Assembly (NCBI GenBank): GCA_035221665.1
Contig: CM069148.1
Span: 11,160,001-11,224,000, forward strand
Direction: 5' to 3'
DNA length: 64,000 bases
From: Okamejei kenojei
Lineage: Eukaryota
Numbering within the stretch: position 1 is the stretch's first letter; each line of letters starts with the position of its first letter. The notes beneath the pieces were generated by a model. It searched no databases. It was given only the letters and a program-made list of their open reading frames with translations, and had not been told where the DNA came from. The position numbers were made by a program, and so were the translations under genes. Shown piece after piece: positions 1-13,380 of the stretch.

Positions 1-899
1 AATGTTCAAAATTATGCTGTCATTTCGCACTGAAAGGCATGAGTCATTTTAGTTTTAGTGGCACTAATGACTTAAGATAGAAATTATAATTAGTTTTGTG
101 TTTGCTGCAAAAAATAATTCAGGTAATTTATTCATTTAATCATTTAACCCAAATCCTCACATGATCATTTAGACGACAAAGGGGACTTTGTGCTTACAAT
201 AGATCTCAACTTTGAAAAGACAAAATGTTCTATGCATATATTACACAAGGGGTACTTGTGGATTGCACTGCCATGAGAATAAATGTCAAAACTCTCCTGT
301 GGCTTCACTAATTATGGTTTGTGTGGTTTTCTGCAATATTGGGATAAAATGATAAATAATGTTGAATTTAAAAAGACATCTAGTGTAAAGATACACAAGA
401 TATATTGCTAAACTCAGACTTTCTTCGACTTTAATATTACCCTCCACAACAATTGCAACAATATAAGGAAATTAAGTTTAATCTGTTGCAAGAAATAGAT
501 GACAGTGTTAAATGAAAATTAACTGAGAGTTATTCATGGCACTGAATATACTGCAATAAAGGTGGTATTTAATATTGATTTTCTGATGTCAAGAAATTAA
601 TGAAAATAGACCAATAATATATTGACAGTCATGAAAGAGTTTAGCTTCCACTAAAGTATGCAGTATGTGAGTTTTTATGACTATACCATAGAACATAGAA
701 TATATAACATTACAGTGTAGGAACAGGCCCTTTGGCCCACACTGTTTGTACTGAACATGATGCCAGATTGAACTGATCTACGCCTGCATATCCCTCCAAT
801 CCCTGCATATCCATGTGCCTAGCTAAAAGCCGCTTAAGTGCCACTGTCATATCTGCCCTGGCAGTGCATTCCAGGCACCCATCAATTTTAATTCAATTT

Positions 900-1225
900 C
901 GTCTAGAGCATGGATACAGCATGGAACAAGCCAATTGAGTCCACACAGACCATCAATCACCATTTCACACTTGTTCTGGGTTATCCCATTTTCTCATCAC
1001 TCCCTTACACATAGACCTTACATGCCCCAGGGGAAATATTACTGAGGCCAATTGCCCAACAAACCCGCACATCTTTGACATGTAGAAGGAAACAGGAGCA
1101 CTCAGAGGAAACCCACACTATCACAGAGAGAGTGTGCAAACTCCATGCAGACAGCACTGAAAGTCAGGAACAAACTCAGGTCTCTCATGCTGTGAGGCAG
1201 CAGCTCCACTCCAGCTGCGGTTCTC
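900..1225 (-). mobile_element. tRNA-derived V-SINE (HE1-like), degraded
   Basis: Shares the blocks ggaaacaggagcac...gaaacccac...gtgcaaactcc...gctgtgaggcagc with the copies at 1.5, 7.4 and 25.1 kb. Confidence 0.7.
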
Positions 1226-1389
1226 TGCTGCCCCTTCCCAGTGTAACAAATTATTGTCCCAGATCTCCTTTAAACTTTGCTCCCCTCACCTTAAGATAAT
1301 GCAGTCCATGACTAAAACATGCAGTAGTTGAGTGTTTATGACTGAAATATTAATATTCTTTCTCTGTTTCTCGTTCTACTGACCTTCTG

Positions 1390-1681
1390 TTTTGTTTAGT
1401 GTGGAGGTATAGTGTGGAAACAGGTCCTTCGGCCCACCGAGTCCCATGCTGACCAACAATCCCCTGTATACTAATTCTATTCTACACACTAGGGACAATT
1501 AGCAGAAGCCAATTAACGTACGTCTTTGGAATGTGGAAGAAAACCAGAGCACCCGGAGAAAACCCATGCGGTCACGGGGAGAATGTGCAAACTCAGTACA
1601 GGCAGCACCCGTAGTCAGGATCAAACCTGGGTCTCTGGCGCTGTAAGGCAGCAACTCTACTGCTGCGCAACTGTGCCACCC
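1390..1681 (-). mobile_element. tRNA-derived V-SINE (HE1-like)
   Basis: Reverse strand begins ggtggcacagttgcgcagcagtagagttgctgcc (A-box-like) with B-box-like ggtttgatcc. The 3' part resembles a CR1-type LINE tail (gggccgaaggacctgtttccac). Confidence 0.8.
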
Positions 1682-2383
1682 TACTGTGCGTTTCTACAAA
1701 TTTTTACTTCTGTTATTTGCAAATCCCAGTTATTGTTATGGGGCCACAGAATGACATCCTGGCATCATTGAACTATAACTTCTTTGGAGTGCATTCTGTT
1801 TATTGGAGAAAAATATTATAATATTGCTCTGTCAATGTGAACTTGGTCGCGAAGGATGGAACATTTTGTCAACTGCTTTCCTAATATATAATGAAAAGAG
1901 TCAGAAGGGATGACAATTTATAAACTACGTTCTCTATTCTGCGTTCTGTCTAGGGAAAAGATTACCAGCTAAACGGAGAAAATTATGCAAGGATGTGGCA
2001 AAAATCTCTTTGAAGAAAGGCAATATCCTCATTAACCATGTATGCTCTAGTGGAGGGCCTTGATTTTATGCAGCAGGACCTCACAGAAGCCTTACATATG
2101 AAAGAAAGATTGCACTACCTCATAAATTACCCACCTACTGCACTTTCAGCCATGTCCTGCCCCATCTGTGGAAGAGTAATGGTTCTAGTATTGGCCTCAT
2201 CATCCACTCAGAAACTCACAAATCTGGAATGATTGGCATGTGGTAATAAAATAGAACTCATTTGTGACTTGCAAATATTTATGTAGTCTCTATAAAAGGA
2301 ATGCACACCATGAACTAAATCACAATATCCACTCTCTTACTCTCTCTCTCCCTCTCTTACCTCTCCCTCCTCTCTCTCCCCCT

Positions 2384-2533
2384 NNNNNNNNNNNNNNNNN
2401 NNNNNNNNNNNNNNNNNNNNNNNNNNNNNNNNNNNNNNNNNNNNNNNNNNNNNNNNNNNNNNNNNNNNNNNNNNNNNNNNNNNNNNNNNNNNNNNNNNNN
2501 NNNNNNNNNNNNNNNNNNNNNNNNNNNNNNNNN
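2384..2533. other. Assembly gap (150 N) inside a CT-rich simple repeat
   Basis: Run of N flanked by (CT)n. Confidence 0.99.
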
Positions 2534-3059
2534 TCTCTCTCCCCTTTTGTCCTTTTCTGTATGTGTGTCTGTCTGTTTCCCTGTCCCTATCTCTATCTCT
2601 CTCTCAACAACCACTTGGATTTATAAAGACACTTCCCAATACCATGATAAACAAAACTTGACATTCAGCTGCATAATTATCTATTAGGGAGCTTGGCCAA
2701 AAGCTTGGTCAAAGAAATCATTTCTAAAGAACATCTTAATGGAGGAAATAAAGGCAAAGCAGTTTAGCGAGGGAATTGTGCAAGTTTGACAGCTGAAGGC
2801 ATGACCACCATGGTGGAACAATTGAATACAGGGATGAGCAAAAGGTTTGAATAAGAGGAGCATAGGTATCGGAAGATTTACTGGGTTGGAGAACATTACA
2901 GATTAAGGGATAGAGAGGGGCCATGGAGGGATTTGAAAGCAATGACGAAGATTTTAAGAACTTTTATTCTTCAACTTTTAAAACCTTTACAGGAATAATT
3001 TCCCATTATGCAGCAATTTTGGCGTTGTATAATTTCTCAAGGCACTGTGCAAGAGCATT

Positions 3060-3400
3060 ATTAGTATTGGTTTATTATTGCAACTTGTACCGAGATAGAG
3101 TGAAGAGCATTATATTGTGTGTTATTCAGGTAAATCATCTATACATGATTACAATGAAACCATGCAGAATATAACGTGGTATCAACAGAGAACAAGCAAA
3201 TAAAATAAAGAACACAAGGGCTCAAACGGGGTAGATCGGTAGATCAGGAATACATCCTTAGTTTATAAGAGATCCACTCAAGGGTCTAATAACATTGAGG
3301 AAGAAATTGTTTTTGGATCTGATGGTACGTGCTTTCAAGCTTTTGTACCTACTGCCCAACGGGAGAGGGGAAATGAGTAGATAACCAGGGTGTGAGTGGT
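3060..3400 (-). mobile_element. Rex1/Babar-type LINE 3' fragment
   Basis: Minus strand translates to ...SHPGY..SPLPLGSRYKSLKART..NNFF..VIR, the C-terminal motif also seen at 11.5 kb. Confidence 0.6.
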
Positions 3401-6400
3401 CTGAAGAAGGGGCCCAACCCAAAATGTCACCCATCCTTATTCTCCAGAAATACTGCCTGACCCATCGAGTTCCTCCAGCACTAAGTGTCTATCTTTGGCC
3501 CTTGATTATTTATGTTGGCTGTTATCAAACAAAATATGGCATCAGCTACATTGGTACTGTACATGTATGGACAGATGACCCAATATTTTGTCAATGAGAA
3601 AATATTCATTTACTCATTGAGTCAATGCAGTACTACAGTGCTGGGGGGGGGGGGTCTGATGTCTCAGTAAACTGCTTTAGTACTCTTTTATTTAAAAAGC
3701 TTATCATTCACTTTCAACTTCATGAAGTCTCTGCACTTTGCTACTCGTGAGTAATTTTGAAAATCCAAATTGAAATGAGAGCAGAGGGTGAAAGTGAACA
3801 GTTGCAAAATTACCTTGCCTTTTTACATATGTAGTGGAAGAAAAAGCCTTTAATAATTATTCTACATTTTGGAACCAAAATGGTCTTCTGGTACTGTCTA
3901 TTCCAATATCATGAAATTATGCTGTGATACAAAAAACAATCATGGTATAACATAATGGCTGTAACACTTCACCATTGAATATCAAGTCATCATTTACAAA
4001 GGACTAACATAATAATAGATATTGTAGATATTACTATGCTGCAGTTAATTTGAATACACCAATTACAATGATGTCAACATTCATTTGTAAAGGTAAAATA
4101 GCAGTTATTTTGAGTTAAGAGTTTTGAGTTCATGTTGGAATTACACTAATGTAATCTCCATTCTCAAACCGTTTCACCAGGCTATCAACATGTTCCAATA
4201 TGGATTATATGGGTCTGAATGGAGCACTTTGGTAAGGAGAGACATTTCAGCATGATGATGTAGGAAGTATGCATGAATCTGTATTAATGTAGGAAACAGA
4301 TACCTAATAATACATGTTACTTGCTTTACTTTCAAATAGAAATTCAAACTGATATACTATTGATTGCATAGCAAATGTGATTTTATTTGTCGATATTATC
4401 TGTATTTACATCTGCAAACTTCTTTTTCCAATATTTGAAGACATATCCAACCATAAATTTGATATTGGTTAATGAGTTCCATATGATGTTGTCTAAAGTT
4501 TTATCCAATTGAAAAGGTTGGTTGTATTTCTTGGTTGGAAATCTGTTAGCATTAATTAGAAAAAATGGGTATTGTCATCATTGATAAATTATAAACAAAC
4601 AAGCCTCACAAGTCCAACTCTTATCATGAAATAATCCCACCCCAAAATCTTTGTGACTACTTTTATCTTTTATTCAACACAAAACTCTGCCTCTTGCCTT
4701 GATTGGTTTCATATATCCTTCTCTGTGCCCTTCTGCCCATCTGTTACAATTATTTGATGATTCAGTCCAATTCCCATCAGAATGCATCACCAGACTCATT
4801 ATAATTGCACTAGGTGGCAGTCTATTCCATAAGTCAGTGATTACAAGGAAAGTTTATTTAAAAGTTAGGTTTAACTCTTGATTCCCATGGGTTATTATTC
4901 TCTCCTATGCCTCTTCAATGCTTTACGTTTGCCTCAGCAATTTTCTTAATTATCTTAAAAATCTGGCTCCCATCCCACATATTTTATCCACAGTTGGAGT
5001 TGGTTCAGTTTCTTTAATCTCGCTGTTCCACAATGATCTAAACCTCAAATTATCTGAGCTCCCCAATAGCACAGTGGGTAATGTATCACATGAAATGTGG
5101 TTGACTACAAAGGCAAGAAGCCATCAGAACTGATTCCTGCTTTGAGCTGAGCTGGCTCATCCCAGCCAGGTCAGATGTTGTGTAATTACAATTATCCTTG
5201 GTGACTCTGAGACAGAAAGAGGAAAATAATTTAATATTCCAGCCATCAGACATGTAAATGTGTGGCCTTTATGTGAGTACAGTCCTGGAATGAGCTCAAA
5301 GCGGGTTTTGCGAATTAAAACTAACCGTTCTGAAACTAAAAATGCAGTCACATGCACGAAGATGCTTGGGTACAATATTTTGGGTAATGGGACAACTGAT
5401 GGAACTGTACCCATTGTAAATCATTGCCTTCAGAGGAGAAAGGAACCGAATTGAAGGGTAGCAAAAAACATAATAATACAGCTGTACGTGAGACAAAAGC
5501 AATAAAATTCATCACATCTGCATTCTGTTTGTGGATGTAGACTTTGATTATACATTTCACATTGCAACTCAATTAAGCAAAGACATGATATGGTTATTAC
5601 ATAATAAGAAAGTTTATGTTATACTATTTAGTACCCCTATATATAATGTGGCATCTAATTCACACAGTGCACCATTCTTTTTTCACCATGCTTCTTGAGT
5701 TTCCTTGAAGTCATCATGGCATGAGTATATTTATATATCTTGTAGTTCAGCCCTTCAAATTCTATAATTATTAAAGAATGGCAAGCAGCCACAATTTAAT
5801 ATGTAGAAAACACTTTGGAAAGTGGGGAGATATATCGACTTTGGAAGTACTTTAATCTGTCGGAATATTTTGGTGACATTGCTTTGGGTATACCACACAA
5901 TTCTCACCATTGATCTCAAGAGTCAAGAACGTTTAATCGGTATAGGTACGGACAACAGAACAATGAAATGCTTACTTGCAGCAGCTTAATGGGCCCGTAA
6001 ATGAAGTACAGACTGATAAACAAAATACTAAAAAATACAATAAATTAATAACAGTAATACTAGTGCAAAAAACAATCCATATAAAGGAAAGTTCCATTGA
6101 GCATCTATTTATTTAATACAGTCGACAAGACCAAACTTTCAAAGAAGCTTTACAGGAGCTCAATCAATAGAAACCAAAAAGGCTTTAGAAAAGACCAATA
6201 ACTTGGTCACACTTTTAAGTAGGGCCCTGGGGAAAAAGAATGTACAGCAAGGTAGAGAGGATGAGATAGGAATTTAGTACTTTGACAGCTGAGGTGGAAG
6301 AGCTCAGATGTTGACCCACAGAGATTTCTTAAGGCGTGTGAGAATACATAGTTTTAGGCTTGCAGAAGTTTGCAGACATGACATCAGTTTAGTTGAAGGG

Positions 6401-7309
6401 AAGGATTTTCAAATTAAGCTGGGGATAGTCTGCTCTCTATTCGATTTGTCAGCTGCGCTTAGTGGGTTCTGGTATACCTGGAGCAGTCCGATTCTATTCT
6501 GAACTAAAGATCAGGACCAGACACACATGACCCAGCGAGCCCTTGGTACTATTCCTCTTGTCATAGTGGACCAGTGTTAGTTAGACATGATCTCCTAAAA
6601 AGATCCGTAAAATATGCCCAACCCAACGTGGGGTTAGGTGCAAATCAGTTCTAATCTACCACTGGTCCTTTCTCAAATAAGAGATACATAGGTACCTAGG
6701 AAACGCATTTAAAAAGAGACTCAAAATGCTGGAATAATTCGGTGAGCCTGGCAGCATCTCTCGAAGACAAGGATAGGCAATGTTTCGGGTCGGGATGCTT
6801 CTTTGGACTCAATTGCACCCATTTCTGCATTTCTTTAAAGCATGAATTGCACATAAAAGCTATTTTCCTCAGGCTAAACAGCAGCGGTGATCATTTCCAG
6901 GTCAAATCGTAACGATCTGGAAATTGGCCTGGCCACATAAGGGAGTGATTCACATGGCTGACGTTTTCCTTTCGTTATTCACATCCCCAATGACATCATA
7001 TTCTGGGGGGGGGGGGGTAAATTTTCTTCACTAATAGCAGAAATTCGAGGCAAACTACAACCGTTGCTTTTCACAGACAAAGTAATAGGAGAATTGTGCA
7101 CACAGAACAAGATGGCATACTAAAGGATCTGCACCATCACATCAATCTCTTGCACACAATATCTCTTGCTCTCTCTGCATTCTGGAGAACTAATCAATGG
7201 CATTTCCTTCATTAACCATAGCCTGCCTTTCAACATTGATGGGACGTTTGCTATAATCAGCCCACACTTCATGGTGGCTTGGGACAACTCAATGCATGGG
7301 AACCAAATT

Positions 7310-7612
7310 TTAGACTGTAGAGATACAGCATGCAAATAGGCCCTTCGGCCCACGGAGTCCACGCCGGCCAGCGATTACCCTGTACACTATCACTATCCTA
7401 TACACTTAGGACAATTTGCAATTTTACCGAAGCAAATGAACCTATAAACCTGTATGTCTTTAGAGTGTGTGAAGAAACCAGAACACCTGGAGAAAACCTA
7501 TGCGGTCACAGGAGATCGTACAAACTCCATACAGACAACATCCATAGTCAGGATTGAATCCGGATCTCCAGCGCTGTTAGGCAGCAAGTCTACCACTGTG
7601 CCAGGGTGCCAC
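7310..7612 (-). mobile_element. tRNA-derived V-SINE (HE1-like)
   Basis: Same layout as the copies at 1.5 kb and 25.1 kb (B-box-like ggattcaatcc on minus; LINE-like tail). Confidence 0.8.
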
Positions 7613-8046
7613 CCTTAATCTGTCCAGTTCCTCAAATAAAAGGTATCAGTCACATTATAAGAACCATGTCGCTGAAGCTGTGAACTTTCCTTGCTACTGT
7701 GTTCCTATTATTTTCATATAATATTTCCCATTTTGGAGAATATTTTTGGAAGGCCTGATTGTGTTAGTGCGAGTCACTGTACACGTTTAATGCACAAAAT
7801 AAGGTGGCACAGGAGGGCCTTAGGTATCTACACTCCATCAAAACCACCTTCCGCGTCATGTTTTAAGTTAGGATTTTATTTGTATTGTTGGGGATTGTTG
7901 CAGCAGGCACATGGGAACACCACCATCTGCAGGTGTCCCTCCAAGATGCACACCATCCTGAATTACGTTTAGGTTTTGGTTTATAATTGTCACATGCATG
8001 GAGGTACAGTGAAAGGGTTTGTTTTGTCTGCTATGCAATCAGAACA

Positions 8047-8207
8047 ATATTTTGCTCTCTGTATCTTCCCCTTTGCGCTACCTATTGTACTTGAGTTTGA
8101 CCTGATTGTATTTATGTGTAGTTTTAGTTGATCTAAACATAAATACAATCAGGACAAACTCAAGTACAATAGGTAGCGCAAAGGGGAAGACACAGAGAGC
8201 AAAATAT
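8047..8207. repeat. Near-perfect inverted repeat (71-bp arms, 19-nt loop)
   Basis: 8047-8117 is the reverse complement of 8137-8207 with 2 mismatches. Confidence 0.9.
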
Positions 8208-8559
8208 AATTCCCAGCATTGTGGCACACCAGTTACACGGACTAAGTCTAATGTATGCAATAGGGTAGAGAAGAATCAGATAGTACCCCAGCTTATGGAA
8301 GGACCATCCAAAAGCCGAATAACAGAGGGGCATAAGGAGAATAAGCTGCATCGCCAGTCCCTCACCATCACTGGATCTAAATACAGAGAGCGAAATATAG
8401 TTCTCAGCTTTGTGGCGACCAGTTCATAAATTAAGTCTAATGTACGCAATAGGTTAGGGATTAATCGGACAGCACTGTAACTTACAGAAAGACCATTCAA
8501 AAGCCTGAAACAGAAGGCAATACGGGGAAAAATCTATATCCGCCAGTCCTTCACCATCA

Positions 8560-10382
8560 TTGAAGAGAAAGAGGTTAGTTAAAACAAATGTAGGTCCCTT
8601 GCAGTCAGAAACGGGTGAGTTGATCATGGGGAACAAGGATATGGCGGACCAATTGAATAACTACTTTGGTTCCGTCTTCACTAAGGAAGACATAAATAAT
8701 CTGCCTGAAATAGCAGGGGACTGTGGGTCAAAGGAGGAATTGAGTGAAATCCAGGTCAGTCGGGAAGTGGTGTTGGGTAAATTGAATAGATTAAAGGCCG
8801 ATAAATCCCCAGGGCCAGATAGGCTGCATCCCAGAGTACTTAAGGAAGTAGCTCAGGAAATAGTGGATGCATTAGTGATAATCTTTCAAAACTCTTTAGA
8901 TTCTGGAGTAGTTCCTGAGGATTGGCGGGTAGCAAATGTAACCCCTCTTTTTAAGAAGGGAGGGAGAGAGAAAACGGGGAATTACAGACCAGTTAGTCTA
9001 ACATCGGTAGTGGGGAAACTGCTAGAGTCAGTTATTAAAGATGGGATAGCAGCACATTTGGAAAGTGGTGAAATCATTGGACAAAGTCAGCATGGATTTA
9101 CAAAAGGTAAATCATGTCTGACGAATCTTGTGGAATTTTTCGAGGATGTAACTAGTAGCGTGGATAAGGGAGAACCAGTGGATGTGGTATATCTGGACTT
9201 CCAGAAGGCTTTCGACAAGGTCCCACATAAGAGATTAGTATACAAACTTAAAGCATACGGTATTAGGGGTTCAGTATTGATGTGGATAGAGAACTGGCTG
9301 GCAAACAGGAAGCAAAGAGTAGGAGTAAACGGGTCCTTTTCACAATGGCAGGCAGTAACTAGTGGGGTACCGCAGGGCTCAGTGCTGGGACCCCAGCTAT
9401 TTACAATATATATTAATGATCTGGATGAGGGAATTGAAGGCAATATCTCCAAGTTTGCGGATGACACTAAGCTGGGAGGCAGTGTTCGCTGTGAGGAGGA
9501 TGCTAGGAGACTGCAAGGTGACTTGGATAGGCTGGGTGAGTGGGCAAATGTTTGGCAGATGCAGTATAATGTGGATAAATGTGAGGTTATCCACTTTGGT
9601 GGCAAAAACAGGAAAGCAGACTATTATTTAAATGGTGGCCGATTAGGAAAAGGGGAGATGCAGCGAGACCTGGGTGTCATGGTACACCAGTCATTGAAAG
9701 TAGGCATGCAGGTGCAGCAGGCAGTGAAAAAAGCGAATGGTATGTTAGCTTTCATAGCAAAAGGATTTGAGTACAGGAGCAGGGGGTCTACTTCAGTTGT
9801 ACAGGGTCTTGGTGACACCTGGACACCTGTATTGCGTGCAGTTTTGGTCTCCAAATCTGAGGAAGGACATTATTGCCATAGAGGGAGTGCAGAGAAGGTT
9901 CACCAGACTGATTCCTGGGATGTCAGGACTGTCTTATGAAGAAAGACTGGATAGACTCGGTTTATACTCTCTGGAATTTAGGAGATTAAGAGGGGATCTT
10001 ATAGAAACTTACAAAATTCTTAAGGGGTTGGACAGGCTAGATGCAGGAAGATTGTTCCCGATGTTGGGGAAGTCCAGGACAAGGGGTCACAGCTTAAGGA
10101 TAAGGGGGAAATCCTTTAAGACCGAGATGAGAAAGACTTTCTTCACACAGAGAGTGGTGAGTCTCTGGAACTCTCTGCCACAGAGGGTAGTTGAGGCCAG
10201 TTCATTGGCTATATTTAAGAGTGAGTTGGATGTGGCCCTTGTGGCTAAGGGGATCAGAGGGTATGGAGAGAAGGCAGGTACGGGATACTGAGTTGGATGA
10301 TCAGCCATGATCATATTGAATGGCGGTGCAGGCTCGAAGGGCGCTGAATGGCCTACTCCTGCACCTAATTTCTATGTTTTCT
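8560..10382 (+). mobile_element. CR1-clade LINE (HER1-like), 5'-truncated, reverse transcriptase ORF2 with a frameshift near 9785-9830
   Basis: RT motifs KSPGPD, NYRPVSLTS, QHGF, LDFQKAFD, GVPQGSVLGP, FADD; CR1 C-terminus RRLRGDLIE...FFTQRVV..WNSLP; 3' tail tttctatg. Confidence 0.95.
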
Positions 10383-11499
10383 ATTGGATCTAAATCCTGG
10401 ATTAGGCCCAGTGATGGATCTAATCCAGAAATTGGATCCTTAACCCTACCCATCAGCAGTACTCAGGGTGTACATTCACCTGAAGGACTGCAATGGTTCA
10501 AGGTGGCTTGGTAGAACATCTTCATGGCAGCTAGGGATGGACAAGAAATATGGCTTTGCCTAACTACCTTCAGATCCCGATGATGAATTAAACAACAGCA
10601 TGAGATACAATTTTTACTTGATTCTCAGGAAAGAATAAAGATAGAAATTATCTGAAGCCAAATTTATTTCCAAAGTGACGCAATAAGCCCTCCACCAACA
10701 GTCACATCCTACTGTTCCACCATGGTACAAACTTACCATGAGCAATGCCACCAGGGATCTGTTAATATAATAGCTAATAACTGAAACCACAACCCCATTT
10801 TGTAAGGTGCCGGGCTTCAATATGAAGCAATTTTGAGTGCTTCTTCATGTGAGTCTGTCAATATACCTTCTCTGTGAGACTGACAATCTGCTTTGCAAGT
10901 GCACCAAGCGTGTGGTTATGATGTCAGTTTTTGCATCATTATCTCGTGACTTCTTCTTCACTGCAACTAAGACTGACAGTATAACTCAGGTCAAACCGGA
11001 ATCAAGTTCTAATCTGGCTTCAATATGCAATGATTTGATATTCTATCAGAGAAACGATCAAACTCTTCATAGTTTGAGGCTGCCTCAAATATTCATCTTC
11101 ACGCTGTTGAACTTGCTTTAAAAAAGGTGCTGAGAGTCTTTCATTTTACCTTTGTACATTTGAATTGTGTTTACTCCTGTACGTGCATGAAAATTGCAAT
11201 CCTCCCCTCCAAATTCCAGAACATTCAGAATCTACCAACCTAGACCAGAAGCTTCAAAGGACATAACACTTTTTATTACCAGCAGGCCATCTTTCTGCCT
11301 ACTGCATAACATGGCTGTTAGACTCCAGTTTGCAATCTGATCCAAGTTATTGTCACACCACAAGTTTCAGCAGTGGGCAGTTCCTTGATCTCAGATCCAT
11401 TCAGGTACAGAATCAATGGTCATTCCAGCCAGTTGGACGTGTCTCTCTTGTGCAGCATGAGAATGTGCCATCTATTGGAAATTGGTGCCCTAACCTTTC

Positions 11500-11945
11500 T
11501 CTCACACAAACCAATCTCCCATCCATTCACTCCATCTATGCTTCACACTGCCTCGGCAAGGCCACCAGCATAATCAAGGGTGAGTCTCATTCCAGTTACT
11601 CCCTTTTCTCCCCATCTCCCATCAGTCAAGAGGTGCAGAAGTATGAAAATGCACACCTCAAAATTCAGGGATCGTTTCTTCTCAGTTGTTATCAGGCAAC
11701 TAAACCACCTTATCACCAACCAGAGAGCAGTCCTGAGCTACTATCTACCTCATTGGAGGCGCTCGGGCTACCTTTATCGGGCCACACTGGACTTAATCTT
11801 ACACTGAATGGTATTCCCTTTATCATGTGTCCGTACACTGTAGATGACTCGATTGTAATTGTGCATAGTATGTCCACTGACGGGTTAGCACACAACAAAA
11901 GCTTTTCAATGTACCTTGGTGCACATGACAATAAACTAAACTGAA
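11500..11945 (+). mobile_element. Rex1/Babar-type LINE 3' end
   Basis: Frames join to TNLPSIHSIYASHCLGKATSIIK..HS..LFS/LPS.KR.RS.K..TSKFRDRFF..VIRQLN; ends in an aaact-type tail. Confidence 0.7.
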
Positions 11946-12321
11946 CAGTTTTCTGTAAAAGATCCTGGAAATTGTTCCAAAGAGCAATGTTTCAAGACAT
12001 TTCTGGCTCTCTATCCAAGACTGAGCCCTAAATGATTTTCAAAAAAATCAGTTTATTTGGTAATTACTTCATTGCTGGTTGTGAGACTTGGGCTTAACAC
12101 GGAACATAGAGCATTATAGCTGAGGAACAGACTCTGATCCCAAACGTGCCAAACATGAAACCAAATTAAGGTCACGTTCGCAGCCTGCATGTTATCTACA
12201 TCCCTCTATTCCCGGCATATTCATTTAAAAGCCTCTTAACGGCTTTCACCACCACCCTTGCAAGTACAGTATGTTCGAAGCACACACCACTCTCTAATCA
12301 CACCTCATATCTCCTATAAAC

Positions 12322-12457
12322 TTTCAAGAAGGAACTGCAGATGCTGGAAAATCGAAGGTAGCCAAAATTGCTGGAGAAACTCAACGGGTGCGGCAGCTTC
12401 TATGGAGCGAAGGAAATAGGCAACATTTCGGGCCGAAACCCTTCTTCAGATTGAAGG
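12322..12457 (-). mobile_element. Penelope-like short element with 10-bp TSD, nested in an old CR1 3' fragment (about 12100-12560, minus)
   Basis: tcctataaac at 12312-12321 and 12458-12467; minus strand has ctgaagaagggtttcggcccgaaatg. Confidence 0.75.
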
Positions 12458-12849
12458 TCCTATAAACCTTCCCCTTCTCACCTTTAACCAATGCCCTCCA
12501 GTCTTTGATATTTCCACCCTGGGGAGCAGAGTCTGACTGTCCACACTGCCTATGCCTCAAAAGTACTTCACTGGCTGCAATGTGCTTTGGGATGTCCAGA
12601 GATCATAGATGTATGGGAGGCAAAGTTATGAATGTTGATTGGAGTCTAATCTACTGTGTAGCAAGAGACCCATGTTCATAAGTTAAATGTCACCCATGTG
12701 CTCAGTGGATTCTGCATTTAACTGTAGGACCAATTCTGGAACCAGCAAAAATCAATGAAGTCAGTGAAATTTATCTTTGAAAAATACCAACAAGCTGTTT
12801 ATAAACAGCAAAAATCTAAACAGAGTATTTGTTAAATGGTAAGGGAATG

Positions 12850-13380
12850 GGTTGTTCAAGGTACCTTGGCTGTGTCACTGAAAGCCAACATGCAGATGCA
12901 GCAGTTGAGGAAGAGAGTAAGTAGTCTGTTCATTTTTATAATGAGAAGACTTGACAGCAGCAGTAAGGCGACTTATTGTATAACTGGGGTAACATACGTA
13001 GTTTTGGTCTCTTCATCTGATACACATGCCATGGAAAGAATGCAGTGAATGTAGATGGCATTGGTTCCAGGGTGGTGGGTTTGCCATGTAAGAGAGGCTG
13101 AGTCAACTGGGGTTGTATTCTCCCAGAGCTTAGATGAAATTTCATGGAAACATAAATCTGTTAAAGAGCTTGATGTCTGGATTGAGGGAGGGTGTTTTCC
13201 CTGGGCTGACAAATCCAGGAGTACCAGTTAAGAATGAGAGGTTGGCCAGTTAAAACTGAGATTACTGTTCATTAGACTAAGATGGTCAGACTCAGAGATG
13301 GTGAACCTTGGAATTCTCTATCCCAGAAAGGTTTGGAGGGTGAGGGACTGGATTCAGTCAAAGCCGAGATCATTTTTTGA
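12850..13380 (+). mobile_element. Old degraded CR1 LINE fragment
   Basis: Residual similarity to the CR1 C-terminal region (SLKANMQMQQ.., ttttggtctc, tggaattctcta). Confidence 0.6.

Noticed and set aside
5180-7270. Non-repetitive-looking blocks (5180-5560, 6410-6640, 6870-7270) as distal PAX6 enhancers or ancient repeats
   Set aside because: Plausible, but I cannot recognise them; a multi-species alignment is needed.
9087-10314. Antisense and alternate-frame ORFs within the CR1 copies (also 17989-19152)
   Set aside because: Shadows of the RT ORF, repeated only because the element is repeated.
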